DNA of 50,539 nt, taken from positions 1 to 50,539 of IMG/VR virus record IMGVR_UViG_3300016644_000039; one strand, given 5' to 3'. Shown piece after piece: positions 26,937 to 36,394 of this stretch (positions within the stretch are counted from its first letter, which is position 1; each line of letters starts with the position of its first letter). This DNA comes from a virus (Duplodnaviria; Caudoviricetes). The notes beneath the pieces were generated by a model. That model saw only the letters and a list, made by a program, of their open reading frames with translations, was not told where the DNA came from and did not search any database. A program made the position numbers and the translations under genes.

Positions 26937-27798
26937 ATTCAGCGGGTACCGCCAAGACGGCATCCGGTACTACCCCAAGAAGGGCGACGCGCCCGCGCCG
27001 GACCCTCGCATGGGCGAGGCTGCTCTAAAGCAGATCGAGCTCAACGAGAAGGTGTTCGACGCGTACCGCAAAGAGGACATGCCGTGGATGCGCGGCATCG
27101 CCGAGGAAGCCCTGGGCATCTCTCGCTCCAACGCTGCGCGCGCTGGCGCTCTGAGCGACTACCAGCTCGAGCAAATGAAGTTCAACGACAACCGCTACCG
27201 CACGGTTGGCATCCCGTTCGAGGACCAGCTTCTCGAGGACGTGAAGCGCTTTGACTCCGAGGGGTACAAGGCCCAGCAGGTTGCGTCCGCGATGAGCGAC
27301 GTGCAGCAGGGGTTTTCTGGAGCTGCCGAGCAGCAGCGCCGCGGGCTGGCCCGCATGGGGGTCAACCCCAACTCCGGCAAGTTCGCTGCCGCCAGCGCCA
27401 ACATGGGTTTCGAGCAGGCCAAGGCCATGGCCAACGCCGCCAACAAGACCCGCATGGCTGCCGACCAGATCGGCCTGTCCTCCAAGATGCAGATGTACGG
27501 CGGCATGAAGGGCCTCGCAGGTTTGGGCGCTACGAGCGCTGGACTTGCAACCGGTGCGATGGGTATGGGCAATTCGTCGGGCGCCGGCATGACGGGGGCC
27601 GCTGGCTCTTACCTCGGGGCGAACAACGCCGCCCTGTCGGGCTTCAACTCCGGTATGTCTGCTGGCATCCAGGGGCTGGGCAACTACAGCAACCTCGGCA
27701 TCCAGGCGGCCAGCGCCAACGCACAAAACGATCCGTTCAACACCATGCTGGGCGCAGCTACCGGCATCGGCACCAAGTGGGCTCTCGGAAAGGTCTAA
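26920..27798 (+). CDS. ejection/DNA-transfer protein (gp7-like)
   Basis: LARMGVNPNSG; G/A/M-rich hydrophobic C-terminus; synteny. Confidence 0.65.
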   Translation: MLIPSKFSGYRQDGIRYYPKKGDAPAPDPRMGEAALKQIELNEKVFDAYRKEDMPWMRGIAEEALGISRSNAARAGALSDYQLEQMKFNDNRYRTVGIPFEDQLLEDVKRFDSEGYKAQQVASAMSDVQQGFSGAAEQQRRGLARMGVNPNSGKFAAASANMGFEQAKAMANAANKTRMAADQIGLSSKMQMYGGMKGLAGLGATSAGLATGAMGMGNSSGAGMTGAAGSYLGANNAALSGFNSGMSAGIQGLGNYSNLGIQAASANAQNDPFNTMLGAATGIGTKWALGKV

Positions 27799-27801
27799 GT
27801 C

Positions 27802-29283
27802 ATGGCATCCGCATTCGCATCCGGCTTCAAGATGGGCGGGGACATGTTCGACTCCGCCGAACGCAACCGCATGCTCAAAGAGCGTCTCGAGATCGAGAAA
27901 GCTCAGGAAGCACGCAACGCTGAAGAGCAGGGCCTGCGCATCGCAGGCCTTCGCCGCGTCGACACGGCAACTCAGGACCTGGATCGCATTGCGCGAGTGG
28001 GCATCCAGAACCCCGACGCCATCAAGGCCAATGACGCGGACTTCGACATGGCGGTCGAGGCGACCGGCCGTGGGCTGCCCATGCCCGCTGCTGCGCCTCA
28101 GCAACCCGAGTGGCGCAAGGCCACGGGGCTTGAGCTCAATGATGCGCAGGCTCGCCTGGCCGCAGCCAAGGGCGACATTGCTGGCATGGAAGCCCTGCGC
28201 CTGGGTCGCAAGGGCATCGAGTTCGAAGAAGGCTACAAGAAGCACTTCGAAGACTGGAACAAGATGGACGACGCCGCCAAGGGGGCGCTCATCGACAAGC
28301 TCAGTCTGGACTCCGGCGTGCGCGGCTTCGGTTCCTGGGTGCCCGGCAAGGGCAAACAGGCCGGCTACATGAACTACTTGCCACCCGGCGGCGACCCGAT
28401 CCGGCTGTCCGCCAAGGAGGCCGGCGACCTGTACGTGCTGTCGAACCTCATGCAGGTGGACCCGATTCGTGCTCGCGCCGAGATGGACAAGGTCTCCGAC
28501 AAGGTCCGCGCTGTGGCCGCTCAAGCGTTCGACGCCGAGACCAAAGGTGTTACGGCCAACAACCAGGCCACGCGTTTCGCCAACGCCGATGACATTGCCC
28601 GCCAAGAGCTGGGCATCAAGGCTTCGGCCGCCAGCGCCCAACGCGACTACTACGGCGCCCTGCGCGACCGCGCTCAGCGTCCGCAAGCTGGCGACCTGCG
28701 CGAGTTCGTCAACGACAAAGGCGAAGTGACCATGGTGGACATCACCGGCCTGCCTCGTGGCAAGGACGGCACGATCCCACTGCCGGCAGGCCTCAAGCCT
28801 CGCACCGCCAAACCTTCGGTCACGCCGGAGGCCTATTTCCAGGCGCTCGAGCGCGCCAACAACGTGTACGGCGACCCGGCTCGTGCGCGCATGGCCGTGG
28901 ACCAGATGTTTGGTCTGACCGCACCCACCGCTCAAGTCGCAGAAACCCTCAAGGCGCTGAACGACAAGAAGGGCGGCAAGGCCGTAGCACCGACTCAGGC
29001 GCCCGCACAGACTCCGACCTTGGGGCTACCCCAACGCTTGAGTGGCGCCGTGGCTACCGACAACACCGCAGGCAACCGCAATCAGTTCCTTACCCTGGCG
29101 GCCGAGGCCGAGCGCAATGCGCCTGCTTACGCTCAGCAGATCAGCGTGCTGCGCAGCGCACTGGACCGCACCCGCACTCCGGGTGAGCGGGCCAACCTCG
29201 AGAACCGCATCGGCGAACTCGAGCAGGACCTGATGCTGTACACGAGCATCCTCGAGCAGCGGGGTGCCCAACGGGGGTACTAA
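27802..29283 (+). CDS. ejection/internal virion protein (gp20-like position)
   Basis: Helical; N-terminal FASGF; synteny. Confidence 0.55.
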   Translation: MASAFASGFKMGGDMFDSAERNRMLKERLEIEKAQEARNAEEQGLRIAGLRRVDTATQDLDRIARVGIQNPDAIKANDADFDMAVEATGRGLPMPAAAPQQPEWRKATGLELNDAQARLAAAKGDIAGMEALRLGRKGIEFEEGYKKHFEDWNKMDDAAKGALIDKLSLDSGVRGFGSWVPGKGKQAGYMNYLPPGGDPIRLSAKEAGDLYVLSNLMQVDPIRARAEMDKVSDKVRAVAAQAFDAETKGVTANNQATRFANADDIARQELGIKASAASAQRDYYGALRDRAQRPQAGDLREFVNDKGEVTMVDITGLPRGKDGTIPLPAGLKPRTAKPSVTPEAYFQALERANNVYGDPARARMAVDQMFGLTAPTAQVAETLKALNDKKGGKAVAPTQAPAQTPTLGLPQRLSGAVATDNTAGNRNQFLTLAAEAERNAPAYAQQISVLRSALDRTRTPGERANLENRIGELEQDLMLYTSILEQRGAQRGY

Positions 29284-29323
29284 GCCCTACAATCGCTAAC
29301 AGTAAACAGATTGGGCCCGTAAG

Positions 29324-32300
29324 ATGTTGCCAACCATCAAAGAGCTGCGCGCCGCTGCTGGCGGGCTGGAGAACCTAACAGACGAAGAGATCATCTCCGC
29401 CACGTACCCCGCCTACCAGCAGTACTACGGCTCTGTTGATGAGTTCGCAAAGTCGGTCGGCTACGGGGGCGCAGGGCGCGGCATGGCCAGCTCGCGCATC
29501 TCTGCCGGCATCGACAACTACCAAGCAGGCCTGCTGGGCTTGGGCGGCGCCGCCTCCCGTGCTGTCGGGCTCGATGGAGCCGCCCAGTGGTTTGACCAGC
29601 GCCGCGATGCCAACGAGCAGGCGGCGGCCTACGCTACCCAGCGGGCCCGTGACCTGGGCGCGGTCGACGACTGGCGCGAAGTCGATGGTGTCGGCTCCGG
29701 CCTGAACTACCTGGGCGGCCTGGCTGCCCAATCGCTCCCCTACCTGGGCGAAGCTGTCGTGGGCGGTCTTGCCGCTCGAGGCTTAGCCACCGGCGCCCGT
29801 GCTGCCCTGCGCGGGGCTACCACTGCCGAAGAGGCTGCTGCCGCAGGCCGACGCCTGGGGGCTATCCAGACTGGCGGCGCTGTTGCTGCCTCTTACCCCT
29901 CTGCCGTCGGCGACATCCTGGCCAACCAGCGCGAAGCAGGTGGTGAGGACCTGGGCTCCGCCCTGCTGGGCGGCGTGCCCTACGCTGCGCTCAATGCGTT
30001 TGGCGTGGAAGGGCTGGCTGCTCGAGGGCTGCGTCCGTTTGCTGCGGGTGAGGGCCGTCTTGCCCGCATGGCCACAGGGGCTGCATCCACCGCCATCGGT
30101 GAGGGCCTGGGCGAAACCGGGCAGGAGCTGGCCAACCAGTACTTCGGCCACATGGCCGTGGACCCCAACGAGACGCTGTTCAACGATGAAGCCAATCGCC
30201 GCTACCTCGATTCCTTTGTGGGCGGTGCTGCTCTTGGCGGACTGTTTGGTGGCGCTGGCGGTTTCCGACGTCCCCGCACTGTTGATGAGGGCCAGTTTGA
30301 CCTGACGGGCCGGGACCAGCCGCAAGGCGACTCCCTGCAACTGGGATTCAGTCCGCTGGCGGGCACCCCGGTCGTCTTCCCCGACGGCACTGTGGCGCTG
30401 AACGGCGAACAAGAGCTCGAGGCCCGATACGGCGTCGGAAGCCCCGCAGCGACGATCCCCGACATGGGGGAAACCCCTGTTGTTTCCACGCAACAGGAAG
30501 GGAAAACACCTACGACTCCGGGCATTTCGCAGTTCGACGAGGTCGACCAAGGCCTGACGGACATGGGCATCGCCATGGCCAGCGGCAAGAAGACCCGCGA
30601 GAAGCAGCGGGCGTTCTACCAGGACGCCGTAGCCACGGGCATCCCGCTCGACAGCGACCTGCTGACGCCCTACTGGACCGCCGTGTCCCAGAACCGCTTT
30701 GGTGACCGCACCAAGGTGCTGCTCCAGAACGCCATCGTCCAAGCCAAGAAGGAGGCTGCCAATGTCAGCCAGCCAAGCGCACCTGCCGGACAACCTGTTG
30801 GAAGCGGTGATGGACGGAGCGCTGCTCCTGTCGGAAGCATGGGCAATCCAGGATCAGTTCCTACTGGCCAACAGCCAGTGGGTGGAAATGCCGGAAATCC
30901 TCAACCCGCAGGTGGGCAAGTTGCTCCTGTGGCAAACGCCGGGGTTCAACGACCTGCCGCTGTAGCGCCGGTCGGCGAGAACACGTCCATCCTGGCAGGC
31001 GCCAACGAGCCGGCTTCGCCCGCCAATCTCGACTACGTTGAGGACCAGAACGCGCTGGAGATCGCCCGCCTGACCGGGCAGGGCGGCGTTGCTGAGGCGC
31101 TGGAGCAAGACGCGACCGGCCAGCGCGCTGACCGCGAGACTGCGACCGCCGAGGACGCCGAGCGCATCCTGGGCAAGTTCTTCGAGGAGTCGCCCACTGC
31201 CGAGCGCGACCGCCAGATTTTCGATGCGTGGCTCACCGCCACCCGCCCGGCTGGTCGAGGCGTCAAGGGCAAGATTAACGCCGCCATCGGCAAGGACTTC
31301 GATGTCGGCACCAAGCGCGTCGAGCAGATCACCAACACCAAGAAGCTCGTCGAGACTGGCAAGGCACTGGGCTACTCGGAGGAGCAGGTCTACGAGGCTT
31401 TCGGCCTGACCCCGCCCAACACCAAGGCGGTGGACCCCAACGCGGCGGTCAACCCAGAAGTCGCGGCGCTGCGCCGCGCAATCGAAGACTTGGGCGCTCG
31501 CGCCAAGGCCGCCAAGGGTGCTGAAAAGATTGAGCTCGAGGCGCAGCGCAAAGAGCTCCAGGGTGTCCTGTCTGGCATGGCCGAGAGCCGTTCCAACGAG
31601 GAACGTGGCGTGGTTGCCCGCGCCCTGGCCAACGCAGGGTTCACTATCGAAGAAGGTGACACCACCGGCTGGAGCCTGGACGACAACCGTGAGTGGCAGC
31701 GCGAAAGCAGCTCGGGCAACCAGGAAGGCGACGTCCTTCTGCGCTTTGGCAAGCAGATCGACGATCTGCGCTCGGCCATCGAGACGCTTGAGTCCCAAGG
31801 CTTGGGCAGCGCCGCCGCTGAACTGGAAGAACTGTCGACCAAGGTGGCCACCGAGCTGGAAGCTGCCAAGGCTGCGCTGCAAGCCACCAAGGTCCCGGCA
31901 GCGCCCAAGCGCGAAGTCTCCGCTGACCTGGCCGCCGCCAAGCAGAAGTTCAAGGACGTTGGTCGTGACGTGACCAAGATGGAGCCGGAGGAGCTGCGCA
32001 TGCTGCGCGGCGAGGCCGAGCGCTTCAAGAACAAAGAGTTGCTGGCCAAGATCGACGCCCAGTTGGGCGCTGCGCCTGTCGCTCCCGCTGTAGAAGCCGA
32101 GGCTGCACCTACCGCCGAAGCCCAGACCCAAGAACGCGAGCGCTTCCCCTACCCGCCGACTCTGCCTGGCGCCCCGGCCTACGTCGAGCCTGCTCAGCGC
32201 GCGGTCGTGGACTTCATGAACGGGGACCTGACCCGCGAGCAACTGCGCGAGCGCTTCGCCGAGCTGGGGATGACCGTTGCCCAGCAGCGTTCGGTGACCA

Positions 32301-35300
32301 ACCCCATCGAGTGGTTCCCTGCGGACTTCGACGCCGTCAAGGAGCTGATTGACGCCAAGAAGGGGGCCCCCAAACAAGACAGCGGCCAGACGCTGTGGGA
32401 GTCCTTGCGCGCGCAGACTCCTGACCTGGTCACTTACGAGGAGCTGACGGGCAACGAGCGTGGCTACTTGACCGAGCTGGCCGACCGTACCAACGGCAAG
32501 CCGACCATCAAGAACGAGCTGGGCCTGCAAGAGCTGATGGGCCGCACGACCGACGCACCTCCGTTCGTTCGCCAAAGCCGCAGTCGCTACCGCAGCGCCG
32601 ACCAGTTCGGCAACCAGTTCGAGTCGGTGGAGGCGTCCCTCGAGGAGCTGACCGGCCACTACCCGAGTGTGAACGTCGCCATCACGCGCCTGCGTGGCAT
32701 GGGTGTGGGCAACACGCTCGACGCCGTTCAATCCTGGCAGGTCACGCTCGACCCTGTGAGCTGGGATGCGATCTACACCGTCATGGACGGCAAGCCCACC
32801 GTCGTGCTCAGCCACGACGCAATGAAAATTCGTGAGATCGGCATTCTCGCCGTCATGCACGAGGTGGCCCACGCCGCCGACGGGGTGCAGGCAGGCGGCA
32901 AGTTCTCCGCCGACCGCGAGATGAAAGTCCAACTGGTCAACGGCATGCCGATGGCCATGCGTCCTGGCACCGCCATGGACGAAATCCTCACCCACTTCGA
33001 GGACTACGACTCGGGCCTGTCGCAGCTACTCCAGTACCCGCTGGATATGAGCGACCCCGAGAACCGTAAAATGTCCGCACGGGAGCTTCGTGAGGAAGTC
33101 TTCGCCCAGGTCTGGGCGTTCTCGAACACCTTCGGCGGCATGGAGTGGTTGCAGGACAACCTGCCGACCACCGCCGCATTCCTGGAGCGCGTCAATGCAG
33201 AAATCAAGCAAACCGACTACGGCCAGGCGGGTGCCCAACAAGGTGCTCAGCCAGGACAAGTTCAAGATGGGGCCGCTGGCCAAGGAAGCGTTCAGCGCGC
33301 AAGCCGGAGCAAAGCTGTCCCCGCCAGTGCCAAGGAAGAAGTCGGGCTCCTGACGAAGACGCTGCGCACGGCTGCCGGCGCTGCGCTCAACAAGGTCGTC
33401 TTCAGCGAGGACCTCTTCAAGCGGGCCTCCGACATGGGCCTGACTGCGGCCATGGACATGGACCGCATCTACCGCGAACGTGCGGCGCTCACCGGCAACA
33501 TCGAGCGGGAAGTCACCCGCATCGAGAACCTGTACAACCGCATCCCCACGGCGTTCAAGGGCACCGGCCCGCGCAGCGCCAACCAGTTCCTCTACGACTC
33601 GACGCGTGAGGCCAAGTGGGGCTTCGCGCCCAAGTGGCGTGGGCAGGCCGCATCCAAGGTGCAGGTCGACGCCGGGATGGCCCAGCGCTTCAAGGCGCTG
33701 CCCAAGGAAGCCCAGGAGTGGGTGCGCGCCGTGCTGGAGCACGGTGACAAGATGTTGGCTCTCAAGAAGCAGACGCTGATCGAGTCGACTAACTCCGAGT
33801 ACGACGCTCTGATCGCGGACGCCCGCGCACGCGGCGAGACCAACAAGGCCGACCGACTGGAGAACGACAAGCAGGCCAGCCTGCGCCAGTTCCAGCGCCT
33901 GTTTGCCACCAGCGAGTTCAACCCGTACGCCCCGATGCGCCGCTTCGGCGACTTCGTGGTGGTCGCCAAATCCAAGGAGTACATGGCCGCGCAGACGCAG
34001 GCCGAGCGTGCCAAGCTGGAGAAGGACCCCGACCACTACCACGTCTCGTTTGCCGAGAGCCGCGCCTCCGCGCTGGAGCTCGAGCGCCAGCTCACCCAGC
34101 AGGGTGCCTTTGCGTCCGTGACGACCCGGGCCAAGGAGGACGCACGCGGGGACATGTATGGCGGCCTGATGGACGCCTTCAACAAGCTGCGCGGCAACAT
34201 CGAGTCCGAGCTGGGCAACGCCACCGACCCCGAGGAGATTGCCTCGCTGCGCGCCGCGCGCGAGACCGTGGTCGAGTTGTACCTCCAGTCACTGGCCGAG
34301 AACTCCGCCCGCAAGGCCGAGATGCGCCGCCGTGCCGTGGCCGGCGAGATCGACATGCTGCGTTCGTTCAGCACCCAGGGCCGGGCCGACGCCCACTTCC
34401 TGGCCAGCGCCAAGTACAACCCGCAGGCGCAGGACGCTGTTGTAAAAATGCGACAACAGGCCAAGGAGGGAGGCAAGCAGCTCGAGAAGTCGGATGCCTT
34501 CAAGGAAATCCTGGCCCGCCACACGCAGTCCATGAAGTACGAGAACGGTGGCTGGTTTGACGTGGCCAACCGTGCATCTCGCGTGACGTCGCTGTGGATG
34601 CTGGCCACGAGCCCGATGTACTACCTCCAGAACTTGACCCAGCCGTTCGTGCTGTCGCTGCCGTTCATGACAGGCAAGCATGACTACAGCCAGGCGGCTG
34701 GGCAGCTCATGCGCTCGTACTTCCAACTGGGCGCGCTGCTCAAGAGCGCGAAGCTGGGCGAGGGCTTCGACTTCACCAAGGTCTCCACCGACAAGAACGA
34801 ACAGGACATGGTCCTCAAGCTCGTCGACCGGGGTCGTATCGACATCGGCATGGACACCGAGCTTGGCAAGGTGAAGCTCGAGGGCGACAGCACCGCCAGC
34901 AAGCTGACCAACCGCGCCGACCAGTTCCTGCGCTCGCTCTCCCAGAAGGTGGAGGCCATCAACCGCGTGTCCACCGCGCTGGCTGCGTATCGCTTGGAGC
35001 GCAAGGGCGGGGCGTCCCACGAAGCTGCTCTGGAGTACGCCGACCAGGTGATCGCCCAGACCCATGGCGACTACACCCGCATCAACGCTCCGCGTGCGTT
35101 CAACACGCCGGCCGGCAAGGTGGCCTTGCAATTCCGCAAGTTCCAGTTGATCCAGCTCACGCTGCTGACCAAGCTGGTCTACAACACCTTCAAGGGCGCA
35201 TCGCCCGAGGAGCGCGCCGCCGCCCGCAAAATGCTGGCGTTCACTTTGGGTCACACGGGGATGTTGGCCGGTGTCGTGGGCATGCCCGGCTTTGCGGCTG

Positions 35301-36091
35301 CGGCCTTCATCATCAACAAGCTGGCCGACGCCTTCGGCGACGATGACGAGCCGTACAACCTCGAGAACGAGCTCCGCAAGATGCTGGGTGACGGGGACAT
35401 GGCTCGCGCCATCATGCGCGGCGCTCCCACCCTGGCCGGCACCGACTTGTCGGGCAAGCTCGGCATGGGCAACGCCCTGTCCATCCTGCCGTACACGGAC
35501 TTCGAGGCAAGCCGCGAGGGCTTCAACGCCATCGCCACCGGCCTGACGCTGGGCGCCACGGGCGGCCTGGGCGCCAAGGTCTTCGAAGCTCTGGGCAACA
35601 TCAAGGACGGCGACTACTACCGTGGCCTGATGGGCTTGTCCCCGTCGCTGCTGGCTGGCGGCATCAAGGCTTTCGTGGAAGCCAACCGTGGCGAGACCAA
35701 CCGCAAGGGCGACGTGCTGGTGAGCGCAGACGAGATCAGCAACTGGGAGAGCTTCGCCAAGCTGATCGGCTGGCCGACCAGTGCCCAGAGCGAGCGCCGC
35801 TTCGACCGTCAGGTGGCCTACGACAACAAGGAGGCCTTCGAGAACAAGGCGTCCAAGCTCAAGAACGAGTACTCCCGCGCCGTGCGTGAGAACGATGCTG
35901 ATGGGCGCCGCGCCGCCATCGAGAAGTGGCAGCGCCTCCAGACAAGCCGCCGCGAAGCAGGCTTCCAGGCCCAGCCGCTGTCAGCTCTGATGAAGGCCCC
36001 GCAGGAGCAGGCCAAGCGCGAGCGCAACACCTCGGGCGGCGTGCAGTTCGACAAGCGCAACCGCCAGTTCGTGATGGAACAGACCCAGTAA
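29324..36091 (+). CDS. giant ejection / large polyvalent protein (HTH-like segment, HExxH metallopeptidase, PLxRFG domain)
   Basis: G/A-rich hydrophobic N-terminus; HEVAH at 32858-32872; PMRRFG at 33932-33949; ALQFRKF C-terminal region. Confidence 0.8.
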   Translation: MLPTIKELRAAAGGLENLTDEEIISATYPAYQQYYGSVDEFAKSVGYGGAGRGMASSRISAGIDNYQAGLLGLGGAASRAVGLDGAAQWFDQRRDANEQAAAYATQRARDLGAVDDWREVDGVGSGLNYLGGLAAQSLPYLGEAVVGGLAARGLATGARAALRGATTAEEAAAAGRRLGAIQTGGAVAASYPSAVGDILANQREAGGEDLGSALLGGVPYAALNAFGVEGLAARGLRPFAAGEGRLARMATGAASTAIGEGLGETGQELANQYFGHMAVDPNETLFNDEANRRYLDSFVGGAALGGLFGGAGGFRRPRTVDEGQFDLTGRDQPQGDSLQLGFSPLAGTPVVFPDGTVALNGEQELEARYGVGSPAATIPDMGETPVVSTQQEGKTPTTPGISQFDEVDQGLTDMGIAMASGKKTREKQRAFYQDAVATGIPLDSDLLTPYWTAVSQNRFGDRTKVLLQNAIVQAKKEAANVSQPSAPAGQPVGSGDGRSAAPVGSMGNPGSVPTGQQPVGGNAGNPQPAGGQVAPVANAGVQRPAAVAPVGENTSILAGANEPASPANLDYVEDQNALEIARLTGQGGVAEALEQDATGQRADRETATAEDAERILGKFFEESPTAERDRQIFDAWLTATRPAGRGVKGKINAAIGKDFDVGTKRVEQITNTKKLVETGKALGYSEEQVYEAFGLTPPNTKAVDPNAAVNPEVAALRRAIEDLGARAKAAKGAEKIELEAQRKELQGVLSGMAESRSNEERGVVARALANAGFTIEEGDTTGWSLDDNREWQRESSSGNQEGDVLLRFGKQIDDLRSAIETLESQGLGSAAAELEELSTKVATELEAAKAALQATKVPAAPKREVSADLAAAKQKFKDVGRDVTKMEPEELRMLRGEAERFKNKELLAKIDAQLGAAPVAPAVEAEAAPTAEAQTQERERFPYPPTLPGAPAYVEPAQRAVVDFMNGDLTREQLRERFAELGMTVAQQRSVTNPIEWFPADFDAVKELIDAKKGAPKQDSGQTLWESLRAQTPDLVTYEELTGNERGYLTELADRTNGKPTIKNELGLQELMGRTTDAPPFVRQSRSRYRSADQFGNQFESVEASLEELTGHYPSVNVAITRLRGMGVGNTLDAVQSWQVTLDPVSWDAIYTVMDGKPTVVLSHDAMKIREIGILAVMHEVAHAADGVQAGGKFSADREMKVQLVNGMPMAMRPGTAMDEILTHFEDYDSGLSQLLQYPLDMSDPENRKMSARELREEVFAQVWAFSNTFGGMEWLQDNLPTTAAFLERVNAEIKQTDYGQAGAQQGAQPGQVQDGAAGQGSVQRASRSKAVPASAKEEVGLLTKTLRTAAGAALNKVVFSEDLFKRASDMGLTAAMDMDRIYRERAALTGNIEREVTRIENLYNRIPTAFKGTGPRSANQFLYDSTREAKWGFAPKWRGQAASKVQVDAGMAQRFKALPKEAQEWVRAVLEHGDKMLALKKQTLIESTNSEYDALIADARARGETNKADRLENDKQASLRQFQRLFATSEFNPYAPMRRFGDFVVVAKSKEYMAAQTQAERAKLEKDPDHYHVSFAESRASALELERQLTQQGAFASVTTRAKEDARGDMYGGLMDAFNKLRGNIESELGNATDPEEIASLRAARETVVELYLQSLAENSARKAEMRRRAVAGEIDMLRSFSTQGRADAHFLASAKYNPQAQDAVVKMRQQAKEGGKQLEKSDAFKEILARHTQSMKYENGGWFDVANRASRVTSLWMLATSPMYYLQNLTQPFVLSLPFMTGKHDYSQAAGQLMRSYFQLGALLKSAKLGEGFDFTKVSTDKNEQDMVLKLVDRGRIDIGMDTELGKVKLEGDSTASKLTNRADQFLRSLSQKVEAINRVSTALAAYRLERKGGASHEAALEYADQVIAQTHGDYTRINAPRAFNTPAGKVALQFRKFQLIQLTLLTKLVYNTFKGASPEERAAARKMLAFTLGHTGMLAGVVGMPGFAAAAFIINKLADAFGDDDEPYNLENELRKMLGDGDMARAIMRGAPTLAGTDLSGKLGMGNALSILPYTDFEASREGFNAIATGLTLGATGGLGAKVFEALGNIKDGDYYRGLMGLSPSLLAGGIKAFVEANRGETNRKGDVLVSADEISNWESFAKLIGWPTSAQSERRFDRQVAYDNKEAFENKASKLKNEYSRAVRENDADGRRAAIEKWQRLQTSRREAGFQAQPLSALMKAPQEQAKRERNTSGGVQFDKRNRQFVMEQTQ
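30762..30965 (+). CDS. nested +1-frame small protein (67 aa) inside the polyvalent gene
   Basis: AAGGAGG at 30749-30755, 6 nt before ATG; codon bias shifts to this frame. Confidence 0.65.
   Translation: MSASQAHLPDNLLEAVMDGALLLSEAWAIQDQFLLANSQWVEMPEILNPQVGKLLLWQTPGFNDLPL
33195..33353 (+). CDS. second nested +1-frame small basic protein (52 aa)
   Basis: GGAG 7 nt before ATG; GC3 bias shifts to +1 across the linker. Confidence 0.45.
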   Translation: MQKSSKPTTARRVPNKVLSQDKFKMGPLAKEAFSAQAGAKLSPPVPRKKSGS

Positions 36092-36101
36092 GGAGAAGAC
36101 G

Positions 36102-36386
36102 ATGCCGAGCAAAGACCCCCGACTGGCACGCGCAGGCGTGTCGGGCTACAACAAGCCCAAGGCCACCCCGAACCACCCGACCAAGAGCCACGTCGTCGTG
36201 GCCAAGTCGGGCGACCAGGTCAAGACCATCCGCTTCGGCCAGCAGGGTGTGCAGGGCAGCCCCAAGAAGGCAGGGGAGTCCGAGGCGTACAAGAACCGGC
36301 GCGAGAGCTTCAAGGCTCGCCACGCCGACAACATCGCCAAGGGGAAGATGAGCGCCGCGTACTGGGCCGACAAGGTCAAATGGTGA
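36102..36386 (+). CDS. small basic hypothetical protein
   Basis: AAGGAG SD; HPTKSHVVVAK..IRFGQQG..SFKARH..AYWA. Confidence 0.8.
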   Translation: MPSKDPRLARAGVSGYNKPKATPNHPTKSHVVVAKSGDQVKTIRFGQQGVQGSPKKAGESEAYKNRRESFKARHADNIAKGKMSAAYWADKVKW

Positions 36387-36394
36387 CCTGAGCC

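Noticed and set aside
29042-29233. Another nested +1-frame gene in the 493-aa ejection gene
   Set aside because: No SD, codon bias stays in the main frame, and the product has the P/R/S-rich composition of an off-frame read
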